From IMG/VR virus record IMGVR_UViG_3300020042_011666, positions 32,001 through 96,000 of that record: a stretch of DNA of 64,000 nt; one strand, given 5' to 3'. The translations under genes were made by a program, and so were the position numbers. The notes under the pieces are model-generated. The model was not told where the DNA came from, did not search any database, and saw nothing but the letters and a program-made list of their open reading frames with translations. The stretch comes from a virus. Shown here piece by piece: positions 1-8,451 of this stretch (positions are counted from its first letter, which is position 1; each line of letters begins with the position of its first letter).

Positions 1-2
1 AC

Positions 3-428
3 TCAATCCCACCATTCTTCAATCCTATCGTTCATTATTTTGAACAATAAACGTTTAGCTTTATTGTGTTTGTTTATGTACTTGTCAATCATTTCGTAAG
101 TTATTTTTTCATTCTTACTGTGCATTTCATCATAGTAATCCTCGTTTTGTATTTTATTAATCAGTCTAACACAGGTCATCATTCGTTCAGCATCACGCTG
201 GGCATCGTTATGAAAACCAACATGAGCTAAATGTTTAGCTTGTTTCTCTAATTTAAATTTTAATAGCTGGAAAATATAATGATGATCCCAGTCTCTATCT
301 TTCCAAATGATCCAAAACCATTTATACAAGTTTTTAACTCCGTACTTAGTATATTTGTACTGGTAAGGTAGTTCCCATCTCAACCAGCGGTATAGACGCC
401 AGTACCATTCATTATATTCTTCGTTCAT
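3..428 (-). CDS. hypothetical phage protein
   Basis: 141-aa Trp-rich ORF (DRDWDH motif), tightly packed with neighbours. Confidence 0.7.
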   Translation of the reverse strand: MNEEYNEWYWRLYRWLRWELPYQYKYTKYGVKNLYKWFWIIWKDRDWDHHYIFQLLKFKLEKQAKHLAHVGFHNDAQRDAERMMTCVRLINKIQNEDYYDEMHSKNEKITYEMIDKYINKHNKAKRLLFKIMNDRIEEWWD

Positions 429-439
429 AATTTAAACTT

Positions 440-616
440 TTAAAGTACGTTTAATTTTTCAAGTTTGTCTTCTACTTTACTGTAGACAGAAAGAATTCCT
501 TTATCAAATGTTTCTACAAATATGTATCCTATATTGACTATAAGTCCTACAAATCCTAAGAAAAATAGACAAAGTAATAGAATTAATTTAAAAATAAATA
601 ATGATAATGTTTTCAT
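440..616 (-). CDS. small membrane protein (not in ORF track)
   Basis: 58-aa ORF MKTLSLFIFKLILLLCLFFLGFVGLIV..., fills the gap, ATGA overlap with upstream stop. Confidence 0.6.
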   Translation of the reverse strand: MKTLSLFIFKLILLLCLFFLGFVGLIVNIGYIFVETFDKGILSVYSKVEDKLEKLNVL

Positions 617-960
617 AACTTAAATAATTCGTATACGCTATTACCTGTTTTAAATTTAAGATAATTTTCTTTCTGTTCATAGATTTCTGTAATAGTAGTT
701 GTCTGCCAAGTAAAGTAAGCATTAAAAGGAGACATAAGTAATCCACGTCCTATAGCAGGCTCATCATGTTTCTCTTTAAAGTTACCATTTTCATCAAACT
801 CTAACCAAAGAATTTCTTTAGACTGATTAACTAAGCCATCACGTTCTCTAACTAATTTCCAGTTAAATTCGTTTTCAATTACTCCTTGCTCAACAGCAAT
901 TTTGAAGACATTATCCTCAGTTAGGATCATCGGTATTCTAGTTTGTTTAATCTTACTCAT
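613..960 (-). CDS. hypothetical phage protein
   Basis: 115-aa ORF coupled to neighbours. Confidence 0.7.
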   Translation of the reverse strand: MSKIKQTRIPMILTEDNVFKIAVEQGVIENEFNWKLVRERDGLVNQSKEILWLEFDENGNFKEKHDEPAIGRGLLMSPFNAYFTWQTTTITEIYEQKENYLKFKTGNSVYELFKL

Positions 961-1195
961 ATGATTTGTGTTTAAGTATAAATTTAAGACATCCTTTCCA
1001 AATTAATAATATACAATACCATTTAGGTAACCACCCTGCCATGTAAGGTTCTGTTTTAGTTAGAACATAGAAGTGATTTCCAAACTCAATAGTAGCCAAT
1101 TCACCTCTTGCTCTAAAATAAAAGGCTTGCTTTAAGAACCAACCTTCTGCCTGTACCGGGCAATTACCTGACGGTTTATATTTCCATTTAATCAT
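953..1195 (-). CDS. hypothetical protein
   Basis: 80-aa ORF, GNCPVQAEG...FYFRARG motif. Confidence 0.6.
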   Translation of the reverse strand: MIKWKYKPSGNCPVQAEGWFLKQAFYFRARGELATIEFGNHFYVLTKTEPYMAGWLPKWYCILLIWKGCLKFILKHKSYE

Positions 1196-1374
1196 TCTAG
1201 AGTAAATTTACTATTTAGACCTTCCTTTATTCTTGCTAATTCTAACTTATCACTCATCTCTTCATAGATCTCATCAAAACCTTCCCCACTCTCTTTTGAG
1301 AGTTTGTATTGCTCCTCAGTAAGTTCTACTTCGTAGATGCGTTCAGTTCTTTCTATCTTAATTAATTTAGGCAT
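1192..1374 (-). CDS. hypothetical protein
   Basis: 60-aa ORF, packed. Confidence 0.55.
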   Translation of the reverse strand: MPKLIKIERTERIYEVELTEEQYKLSKESGEGFDEIYEEMSDKLELARIKEGLNSKFTLE

Positions 1375-1378
1375 AATT

Positions 1379-1702
1379 TTAGTTTATTTTATCTTGCTCA
1401 TCTTTCATTTCATTATAATTGTCCATCTCACTTTCCTCCTCCATTTTATTATAGTCAATAATGGATTGTTCATCATCTTTAGGATAAAATGTAACACTAC
1501 ATGTATTATGATCTCCCCAAAGTATCTTTGATAACCCAGTTAGGACTGGTTTTTCGTCATTATTAAGGAGTTGGGATTTAAGTTTGTTGATTTCATCTAT
1601 CACATCATCACCTAATTCTATTTTGGATAGCACAGTTAATTGCGTAATTTGACCCTCATATAGATCAATTAGGTTTTTTAAGATTTCTTTATTAATACTC
1701 AT
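1379..1702 (-). CDS. hypothetical protein
   Basis: 107-aa ORF, packed. Confidence 0.6.
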   Translation of the reverse strand: MSINKEILKNLIDLYEGQITQLTVLSKIELGDDVIDEINKLKSQLLNNDEKPVLTGLSKILWGDHNTCSVTFYPKDDEQSIIDYNKMEEESEMDNYNEMKDEQDKIN

Positions 1703-2073
1703 TACTTTTCTTCTCCTTGTATTTTTAGTTTGGTCTCTATATGATATTGTATAAATTCTAAAGCCCTCTTGTAACCTTCTGAATAACCATCGGAATAACT
1801 CATTTCCTTTCCTGCGATTTCCATTTCTTTGGCTTGTTCTAAAAGTTCTTTGTGGTTATGAGTTGATGCGTCTGCCGTATTACTAACTACTTTGTTAAGT
1901 TGGTTTGCAAACCACTCCACTGCCGTCTGTTGTTTATCTTTTTCCATAAGTTCTTTTAATTTTTCTTTACGCTCTTTTCTTAGTTGCTCTCGGTTTTCAA
2001 TACGCCATTTGTTTCTTGCTATTGCATCCGATTGCTCTGCGTTTTCAAGTAGTTCTTTTATCTTTTCATTCAT
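1702..2073 (-). CDS. hypothetical protein with KQQTAVEWF...QAKEME module
   Basis: Shares peptide and DNA repeats with the adjacent gene. Confidence 0.65.
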   Translation of the reverse strand: MNEKIKELLENAEQSDAIARNKWRIENREQLRKERKEKLKELMEKDKQQTAVEWFANQLNKVVSNTADASTHNHKELLEQAKEMEIAGKEMSYSDGYSEGYKRALEFIQYHIETKLKIQGEEK

Positions 2074-2344
2074 TGCTCACCTCCTCCGTAGGTTTCTTGG
2101 TATAAATCTTTTGGACTTTCTACCATTAATAATTCACAGGTATCACTTACCTCAATTTGTTTTATGCAATTGTTCGCAAAATCAATCATCCGCTCCTTCT
2201 CCATTTCTTTGGCTTGTACTTTCAATTCCATATAATCAGATGTATCAATGTTTAATTGAATGTTTCTAATTGATGGAGTTTCTCGCAAATCTCCCTTGTA
2301 TTCAAGTTGTTCAATGAACCACTCCACTGCCGTTTGTTGTTTAT
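1820..2344. repeat. two pairs of dispersed direct repeats
   Basis: 28-nt aaccactccactgccgtYtgttgtttat at 1910-1937 and 2317-2344 (1 mismatch); 18-nt tccatttctttggcttgt at 1820-1837 and 2200-2217. Confidence 0.85.
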
Positions 2345-2354
2345 TGTTTGTCAT
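2070..2354 (-). CDS. hypothetical protein with KQQTAVEWF...QAKEME module
   Basis: 94-aa ORF carrying the same module. Confidence 0.65.
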   Translation of the reverse strand: MTNNKQQTAVEWFIEQLEYKGDLRETPSIRNIQLNIDTSDYMELKVQAKEMEKERMIDFANNCIKQIEVSDTCELLMVESPKDLYQETYGGGEQ

Positions 2355-3021
2355 TTCCTAAGTTTAATTCTTGAGCTTGTTCAGTAAGGAAATCTAATTG
2401 CTTATCTCGATTCTCTTTTTCGGCTTCTAGTTTCTCTAATTGCTTATTAAATCTTTCAACACTACCCCAAATAATAGAAGCATTAGGATCTATTGCTAAA
2501 ATTTGTTCAACTAGCTCTTCTTGTGCACCTCTAGAATAAAACCCACCTTCAATATCCTCAGCTAGGTCTTGTAAGTGCTTAGGTGCATGAATTGAAATAC
2601 GTAGATCATAAGCTTCCCATTTAGTCTTCCAATCTACAAAGGCAATGCCCTTAGTTAGATTACGTAGTAAGTCATGCAAAGTCCAGTTACGGACTCTTAC
2701 AATGGATTTATCACTACCAAACACATGTAGGAAGCGTAGAAACCACCTTGGGCAGAATTTAGGCTTAGCTTCATAGTCCATAGCAAGTACTAATGGATAA
2801 AGAGCATTAAAATAAACACCTCCTTCATCCCATATTTGTGTTCCTAAATACCCATACTTCTCAAATCCTTTAGGAAAGAATATGAAACGGAAATCATCTA
2901 ACTCTATGTTACGAGTATAAATCCTTCCTTTACTGCGTCCTCTCCAGAATAATATACCATACTTGATATTATCTAAACGCTCTTTAAGCGTTGGTGCTTT
3001 ATAAAATTTACTTTTTACCAT
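2341..3021 (-). CDS. hypothetical protein
   Basis: 226-aa ORF. Confidence 0.7.
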   Translation of the reverse strand: MVKSKFYKAPTLKERLDNIKYGILFWRGRSKGRIYTRNIELDDFRFIFFPKGFEKYGYLGTQIWDEGGVYFNALYPLVLAMDYEAKPKFCPRWFLRFLHVFGSDKSIVRVRNWTLHDLLRNLTKGIAFVDWKTKWEAYDLRISIHAPKHLQDLAEDIEGGFYSRGAQEELVEQILAIDPNASIIWGSVERFNKQLEKLEAEKENRDKQLDFLTEQAQELNLGNDKQ

Positions 3022-3287
3022 TGACTTAGAGTATAAATTAGCTTAGCAACTTCACCTGCTGGCTGGTGAGACATAACGTCTGAGCTATGTTCAATTTCGA
3101 TCCACTTACCCTCATTAAATATAAACCAATTGCCTTTATTGTCCCAAGCAGCCACTTCTGCTGTTGTTTTACCCCCATCACTATAGGTGTGTTTACCGAA
3201 TTGAATACTAATTGTACAACCGTTTTCGAATGTCATTTGAAAACCGTCATGGTATCCTATTTCTATTGTTGTTTTAAATGCTTTCAT
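3015..3287 (-). CDS. hypothetical protein
   Basis: 90-aa ORF, GFQMTFENGCTISIQFG motif. Confidence 0.65.
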   Translation of the reverse strand: MKAFKTTIEIGYHDGFQMTFENGCTISIQFGKHTYSDGGKTTAEVAAWDNKGNWFIFNEGKWIEIEHSSDVMSHQPAGEVAKLIYTLSQW

Positions 3288-3290
3288 ATT

Positions 3291-3476
3291 TTAATACCAA
3301 TTTTCATTTATTACTACGTGACTATATCTAATGTTATCCCACTTATCTCTACACCATACTTTAACTTCATTGTAAACAACATTTTTACCATATTGATAAC
3401 CTACTACCTCATATTGGTCGGCAATACCTTTCAATTGGTTCCATTTTGTTTTACTAACTTTATTAAATTTTACCAT
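3291..3476 (-). CDS. hypothetical protein
   Basis: 61-aa ORF directly downstream of a class-1 promoter motif. Confidence 0.6.
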   Translation of the reverse strand: MVKFNKVSKTKWNQLKGIADQYEVVGYQYGKNVVYNEVKVWCRDKWDNIRYSHVVINENWY

Positions 3477-3492
3477 AACTTTTATTTGTGTA

Positions 3493-3522
3493 AATATACA
3501 CTACCTTATTTAAAGGTCTAGG
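3493..3522 (-). promoter_or_regulatory. class-1 promoter motif
   Basis: CCTAG-N18-GTATATT, one of 10 copies with identical spacing. Confidence 0.65.
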
Positions 3523-3526
3523 ATAA

Positions 3527-3925
3527 TTATTTAGAGGATAATTCTACTATTAAATTTCGTTTGCAGGTAAGAGCCCATTTATTAGCTTTATCCTCGGCTG
3601 CTCTCTCATATGGATTATCATAATAATGTTTAGAACGAGCAGCATACTTATCATAGTTTTTAGATATGTTTTGAGTATAATGAGTGTATTCGTGGATAAT
3701 AGTTCTAATTAGATCAAGTATGGATTTATGAGGTTGTAAGAAGATGTGTATTTCATTATTATCTTCATCAAAATATCCATACATTTTATTTTCATCTATT
3801 TTTTTATGGCACACCAATTTAGGAAATGTATCGTGAAACTTAGAGACCCCCCATTTATTCTTACACCATTCAAATGCTAGAATAACGGTTTTGCGGTCAA
3901 AGTTTAGTGTGCTCTTTTTTACCAT
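3527..3925 (-). CDS. zincin (SprT-like) metallopeptidase-domain protein
   Basis: IIHEYTH (HExxH) and downstream NPYERAA Glu. Confidence 0.6.
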   Translation of the reverse strand: MVKKSTLNFDRKTVILAFEWCKNKWGVSKFHDTFPKLVCHKKIDENKMYGYFDEDNNEIHIFLQPHKSILDLIRTIIHEYTHYTQNISKNYDKYAARSKHYYDNPYERAAEDKANKWALTCKRNLIVELSSK

Positions 3926-3932
3926 TTTTATC

Positions 3933-4079
3933 TTAAAATGCTTTATATACAGATTGTTCTTCGTTTCTTGTTACTTTACAAATTAGTCTCCACCCAGCAT
4001 TATTTGATAATGACAATGGGATAATGGATGAGCCGAATTTCTTCTTTTTAGCGTTTTTTCGTTGACGAGGAATTTTCAT
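3933..4079 (-). CDS. small basic hypothetical protein (not in ORF track)
   Basis: 48-aa ORF MKIPRQRKNAKKKK... filling the gap. Confidence 0.35.
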   Translation of the reverse strand: MKIPRQRKNAKKKKFGSSIIPLSLSNNAGWRLICKVTRNEEQSVYKAF

Positions 4080-4773
4080 ATGTTTTTAATTTTAATTTGT
4101 CTATAATACATAGTGCCATTTTTTTATGGCCTGATGATGTCATGTGGCATAAAAAATCACCGCAATCCGTTCTTGATATACAGTGTGTTTGAACAACAGT
4201 AGCCCCATGAATAGAGTCAACTAATAGTTGTTGAAATTTAGTATAGCGTTGTGGATAACCTTGATATGCTTGTCGTGTACCAATATTAATACAAGTTACA
4301 GGATCAAATCCAGTAATTATAATAGGTGTAACAGCAAATTTATGGCATATATTCACAATTGCCTGGATGTTTTTAACTGACTTTATTGGTGGGCGATTAC
4401 TAGCCATATCATTTGCCCCACCATATATAAAGCAATAGTCGAAATATTCATTTATTTTCAATTTAGCCTCTTGTAACATCCATGCTGTTTGTTTACCACC
4501 AACAGCCGTATTTAAATAAGTCATTTTGGTTTTTTTACATAATTGGTGTTGCCATCCATAATCGGCGGCTGTGTGTGAATCACCAATAAACAATACTTTT
4601 TTGCCTTTAACATCATTAATTACCGGTTGAGGTATAATAGTATCTGTTTTGGCAGGAGTAAAATGAGAATGTTTTACCGGTGAGGCTTGAACGCTCATCA
4701 CATAAACAGATAAAATACCAAAAATAATACATATTATCAATAAGATAATTACATCAGTGTGTTTAGTTTTCAT
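4048..4773 (-). CDS. membrane-anchored SGNH/GDSL hydrolase
   Basis: FIGDSHT, GGAND and DFLCH (DxxH) blocks; N-terminal TM; start moved to 4773 because the longer ORF overlaps the tRNA. Confidence 0.8.
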   Translation of the reverse strand: MKTKHTDVIILLIICIIFGILSVYVMSVQASPVKHSHFTPAKTDTIIPQPVINDVKGKKVLFIGDSHTAADYGWQHQLCKKTKMTYLNTAVGGKQTAWMLQEAKLKINEYFDYCFIYGGANDMASNRPPIKSVKNIQAIVNICHKFAVTPIIITGFDPVTCINIGTRQAYQGYPQRYTKFQQLLVDSIHGATVVQTHCISRTDCGDFLCHMTSSGHKKMALCIIDKLKLKTYENSSSTKKR

Positions 4774-4778
4774 GTTTG

Positions 4779-4864
4779 TACTACTGGCCGGGATCGAACC
4801 GGCACGAGCATTGCTGCCCACAGGATTTTAAGTCCTGCGTGTCTACCTATTCCACCACAGTAGC
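4779..4864 (-). tRNA. tRNA-Leu(TAA)
   Basis: Acceptor GCTACTG/CAGTAGT, anticodon arm CAGGA-CTTAAAA-TCCTG, long variable arm, GTTCGATCC T-loop; CCA not encoded. Confidence 0.93.
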
Positions 4865-4868
4865 ATTT

Positions 4869-5060
4869 TTATACGTCCCACTCATCCGCTCCTACTTGTA
4901 GGCATTCAAGTAGAGAGGCATTGGAAAATTGTTCCTTATGTTTGAACGCTGACCAAATAACTTCCAATTGCACTCCTAATTTATCTGCTTGAGATAGAAT
5001 CTCATCACACTTAGCATTAATCATTGCTTCTTGGTTTGCTTGCTCGTTTAATTCATTCAT
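4869..5060 (-). CDS. hypothetical protein
   Basis: 63 aa from the ATG just downstream of the promoter motif. Confidence 0.6.
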   Translation of the reverse strand: MNELNEQANQEAMINAKCDEILSQADKLGVQLEVIWSAFKHKEQFSNASLLECLQVGADEWDV

Positions 5061-5066
5061 ACTGTG

Positions 5067-5096
5067 AACATACAAAAGATTTTTTTGGATACCAAA
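5067..5096 (-). promoter_or_regulatory. class-1 promoter motif
   Basis: TTTGG-N18-GTATGTT. Confidence 0.7.
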
Positions 5097-5270
5097 TTAA
5101 ATTTTTCCTTCTAAGTGGAGAGAATCCATTTGTTTAACCTGATTAAGGTTAATTGAGTCATTTACATCCATTGAATCAGCACATACTGAATCGGTGCATT
5201 CAGTTTTGGTTTCATTTGATGTGCAGGCAAACATTCCTACAGCTGCGATAATTAAAAATACTTTTTTCAT
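5097..5270 (-). CDS. small lipoprotein (not in ORF track)
   Basis: 57 aa MKKVFLIIAAVGMFA-CTSNE...; lipobox Cys and DS-rich tail. Confidence 0.7.
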   Translation of the reverse strand: MKKVFLIIAAVGMFACTSNETKTECTDSVCADSMDVNDSINLNQVKQMDSLHLEGKI

Positions 5271-5281
5271 ATAATATGTTT

Positions 5282-5316
5282 AACATACAAAAGAGAGCCT
5301 AGAATTCCAAGCTCTC
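5282..5316 (-). terminator. intrinsic terminator overlapping class-1 promoter
   Basis: GAGAGCTTGG-AATT-CTAGGCTCTC-TTTT hairpin containing CTTGG-N18-GTATGTT. Confidence 0.7.
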
Positions 5317-5339
5317 TTTAAAAAAATAGATAGAATTTG

Positions 5340-5720
5340 TTATCCTATAAAATCATCTAAGTGATCTGGTATTCCGTCTCCGTCTACATCACAAATTTCG
5401 ATGTATCCAAATGCTTTCATAAAATTAGCAACTCGGTCTTTCAAGTCATTATCTGTATCTTCAAACCAATCTTCTTTTAAGCGGTCATGTTCTAAAACAC
5501 TAGTTAATGCCTCGTACATTTTATCAACATTTTCAACTAAGTAAATGTCTGATGCTGCAAAATCTAGACTGAAAGCATGATCATCGATTTGGGGGATAGA
5601 TAAGATTAAATCGGTTTTACCAATTTTCTTTTCTTTTAGAGTCATTTCTTTTCCAAACTTGTGGAAATATTCACCTACATAAATGTAACCTGAACCCTCG
5701 GGTAGTGTAAATTCGCTCAT
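5340..5720 (-). CDS. hypothetical protein, weak GIY-YIG/T5orf172-like, with C-terminal Ca-binding motif
   Basis: GYIYV...KIGKT N-terminus; DVDGDGIPDHLDD C-terminus. Confidence 0.45.
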   Translation of the reverse strand: MSEFTLPEGSGYIYVGEYFHKFGKEMTLKEKKIGKTDLILSIPQIDDHAFSLDFAASDIYLVENVDKMYEALTSVLEHDRLKEDWFEDTDNDLKDRVANFMKAFGYIEICDVDGDGIPDHLDDFIG

Positions 5721-5721
5721 A

Positions 5722-6549
5722 TTATTTTAATAAGTTATAGTATTCTTTAAAATGTTTAATTCTATCTGCTAGTCCAATTGTACCACCATTAACACGTTTA
5801 GTTACAGCAGTAACAGTTGCATCATCGGCACCACGATCACAAATACCCCAAAGTTTATTTGTATCAAAAAACCAAGCAGCCGAGGCTAATGGGTATTTAG
5901 TTGCCACTAGGTCTGGGTTGTTAGTTGTGTCTTCAGGTACGAATTTATCAAATGCCATGTAATTTGCTTTACCCGTTAATTGGATATAACCACGTCCTCT
6001 ATATTTAAATCCCTCACCTGTTGCCTCAGCACCATTACCCATTCTACCTCCATAGACGCGAGCTGCGATTTTTTCTGGTTTACGAGCATATTGTTCAGCT
6101 AATGCTAATGTTGGGAAATATTTTCCAAATATACCCTGTAATCCTTTTGAAGAGTAGTTTAAATTCTCTTGAACGGCTTTAAATCCACCTGATTCATGTC
6201 CGCACTGGGCTAAGAAATGAGCCAAACGTAATGGATTTGTAATGTTAAATTTAGCAGCCGTGTCGGGGATTTGAGCAATAACTGAGTCAGGAATATGTCC
6301 TTTTAGTTTATCTAATTTAAATGAGCTAGGAGCAACAGTAACTGGAGCAGCAACTGGTGCGGCTGTGGGTGGGAATAATTTATTCCATGTACCATCACCT
6401 ACGAGTCCATCAGCGACCAAACCATTAGCGGCTTGATATTTTTTAACTGCCTCTTCGGTTTTAGGTCCAAATGTACCTACTGCCTCTACGCCTAACCTGA
6501 CTTGTAATTGTTTTACAAAGTCATTATTATCACCTTTTTTTAATAACAT
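5722..6549 (-). CDS. endolysin: peptidoglycan-binding domain plus GH19 domain
   Basis: VKQLQ...FGPKTEEAVKKYQ...DGLVG PG-binding motif; HFLAQCGHESGG, YRGRGYIQLTG, VNGG GH19 motifs. Confidence 0.9.
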   Translation of the reverse strand: MLLKKGDNNDFVKQLQVRLGVEAVGTFGPKTEEAVKKYQAANGLVADGLVGDGTWNKLFPPTAAPVAAPVTVAPSSFKLDKLKGHIPDSVIAQIPDTAAKFNITNPLRLAHFLAQCGHESGGFKAVQENLNYSSKGLQGIFGKYFPTLALAEQYARKPEKIAARVYGGRMGNGAEATGEGFKYRGRGYIQLTGKANYMAFDKFVPEDTTNNPDLVATKYPLASAAWFFDTNKLWGICDRGADDATVTAVTKRVNGGTIGLADRIKHFKEYYNLLK

Positions 6550-6551
6550 AA

Positions 6552-6788
6552 TTAACCTTCGTTGTTGTCTTTTTTTCCCTTGTTTCCCCAAATTTTATCT
6601 ACTGAAGATAAACCTAAGCATCCAAATGCCAATAACGCTACGCTATCAACTAATACGGGTGCAGGGGCAATATGGGCTTCTGAAAATGAGTTGTGGTACA
6701 TTGTAGCACATAAAGCTACAGTACATAATAATCCGCAAAGTCTCTTCATAGAGATTTTACCTGTTTCGTCAAAAAATAGTTGTTTCAT
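6552..6788 (-). CDS. putative holin
   Basis: Two TM segments, SMKRL motif, charged C-tail, directly upstream of endolysin. Confidence 0.6.
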   Translation of the reverse strand: MKQLFFDETGKISMKRLCGLLCTVALCATMYHNSFSEAHIAPAPVLVDSVALLAFGCLGLSSVDKIWGNKGKKDNNEG

Positions 6789-6789
6789 A

Positions 6790-7236
6790 TTATAGTTGTT
6801 TAGTTGTTTCTTTTAGTGATGACTGTAACGCTTTTGAAAATGCTTTCCGGTTAAGTGGAATCTCATTTCCTTCAACTTCTAAAAACATAGCAAAAATGAA
6901 AGTACGTCTTTCACCTCTACCTTTGAAACAACCTGAACCAATACAAGTACTGGTTTCAACAATATAATCTTTTCTCAACCATTTCATCCCCATAATGTTA
7001 AGAATTTGTTGTGGCGAGTAAATACTATCAATAGTTACTTGAACAGGAAAACCCAATGAATCATTTGGTGTATATCCTTTTTCAATTAATAATTCCTCAA
7101 CTGTTTCTTTAACACCAAAAGTAACATCTCTACCTCCAATTGTTTGAATGCGTTGAACGTTATTTACATGTACGTTCACTTTAGTAGTGTCTATTGGAGA
7201 TAAAAATAACAATATTGGGGTAATAAAATTTATCAT
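6790..7236 (-). CDS. exported protein, possibly a minimal CsgG-like fold
   Basis: Hydrophobic N-terminus; GVKETVEELL helix and C-terminal FSKALQSSLKET resemble the CsgG-like ORF at 9787. Confidence 0.4.
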   Translation of the reverse strand: MINFITPILLFLSPIDTTKVNVHVNNVQRIQTIGGRDVTFGVKETVEELLIEKGYTPNDSLGFPVQVTIDSIYSPQQILNIMGMKWLRKDYIVETSTCIGSGCFKGRGERRTFIFAMFLEVEGNEIPLNRKAFSKALQSSLKETTKQL

Positions 7237-7248
7237 CTATTATAAATA

Positions 7249-8451
7249 TTAGTAAGTTACTGCTCCTGAATAACCAGGTGCAATGATATAAAGATTTAGT
7301 GTTCCACCTGATGTTAAAGTGGAGGTAGTATGGTTAGTTACTCCCGGGTAAGTTGCTCTTAGGTTAGTTGTACCAGCAACAATAGAATTATACTGGGTAG
7401 TAGTAAAAATTCTTACATCAGGAGCTATTCTCCATTTAGAAAACCTACCTGCTTTCCTTGCAGCAACGTAATATTTGTCTGCAACAGAAATTATCCCATC
7501 ATCATTTACATCAAACATATGAAATGAAAGACCTGTTTTTGCTGTCTTACCTAGTATAATATTGGAAACAGCTTGAATATCTGTTGTAGTATAAGCTTGT
7601 ATTCTAGTTGGGGCATCTACTTGAATTGTAAATTGATCTCCTGTTACCACAGTTCTTGAAAAAGAATAGTATCCTGATGAGTTTGTATTTAAGGTAGCAT
7701 CTAATGTAGTAGAAGATGTTGTAGTACTTGAGGATGTATTTATTTCCCAACTAGTACCCGAAAAAGAACCTGATGTAACTAGTGTACTTGCTAACCAAGC
7801 ACTACCTGTTGATATACCCATCACCTCTTGGTTAGAACCGTCTGCTGTAAATGTTCTCCAAACTACTATCTGCTTTGAAGCTTGGTTTTTAATAAAGTAT
7901 AAATCCCAGGTGTAGTTTACTCCTGTCTGATTGTATTTGCAGTTACCTTCGTATCTTACTCTAAACACGTCTCCGTAAGTTGCATCAGTGTAACTTTCAG
8001 TTGAAACATAAGAAACGTTGTTGTCTGAAGAACTATTATCTACAGAACCTATATGAATGGTTGGTTGATTAGGATTTGTAGCGTTTCCATTATATCCTGA
8101 ACTTGAGCTTGTTCCAAAAGTAAACCATGAGTTAGCATTTACGTGACCTGATGAATAGGTAGTACCTGCATATGAAGGACTAAACCCGGAAGGAAATGTA
8201 ACAGCAACAGAAGTTTCATCTGTATTAGTAGTAGAAAAAAGTACTGAAGTTCCTCTCCCCCTGTCAGAAGGAATACCTGATGTTATTTTAGCAAAAGTAC
8301 CTGATTTAGTAGTAGCACCGGCTGTGCTTTTGTAAATTTTTACCGGAACATTGCTCGCTCCCGATCCGTTTGCATTATAAAGATAACCTGAGTAGGTAAA
8401 TTGACCTAATATGGTATTAGTAATAAAAAATAGAACAATAATCCATCTCAT
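7249..8451 (-). CDS. secreted dockerin-like protein with inserted beta domain
   Basis: Signal peptide ending G|Q; split SGYLYNANG...TNSSGYYSF Ig-like domain; FDVNDDGIISVAD EF-hand/dockerin motif. Confidence 0.65.
   Translation of the reverse strand: MRWIIVLFFITNTILGQFTYSGYLYNANGSGASNVPVKIYKSTAGATTKSGTFAKITSGIPSDRGRGTSVLFSTTNTDETSVAVTFPSGFSPSYAGTTYSSGHVNANSWFTFGTSSSSGYNGNATNPNQPTIHIGSVDNSSSDNNVSYVSTESYTDATYGDVFRVRYEGNCKYNQTGVNYTWDLYFIKNQASKQIVVWRTFTADGSNQEVMGISTGSAWLASTLVTSGSFSGTSWEINTSSSTTTSSTTLDATLNTNSSGYYSFSRTVVTGDQFTIQVDAPTRIQAYTTTDIQAVSNIILGKTAKTGLSFHMFDVNDDGIISVADKYYVAARKAGRFSKWRIAPDVRIFTTTQYNSIVAGTTNLRATYPGVTNHTTSTLTSGGTLNLYIIAPGYSGAVTY

Noticed and set aside
4774-4821. N-terminal extension of the SGNH ORF
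   Set aside because: It lies inside tRNA-Leu; ATG at 4773 gives a normal TM-anchored protein
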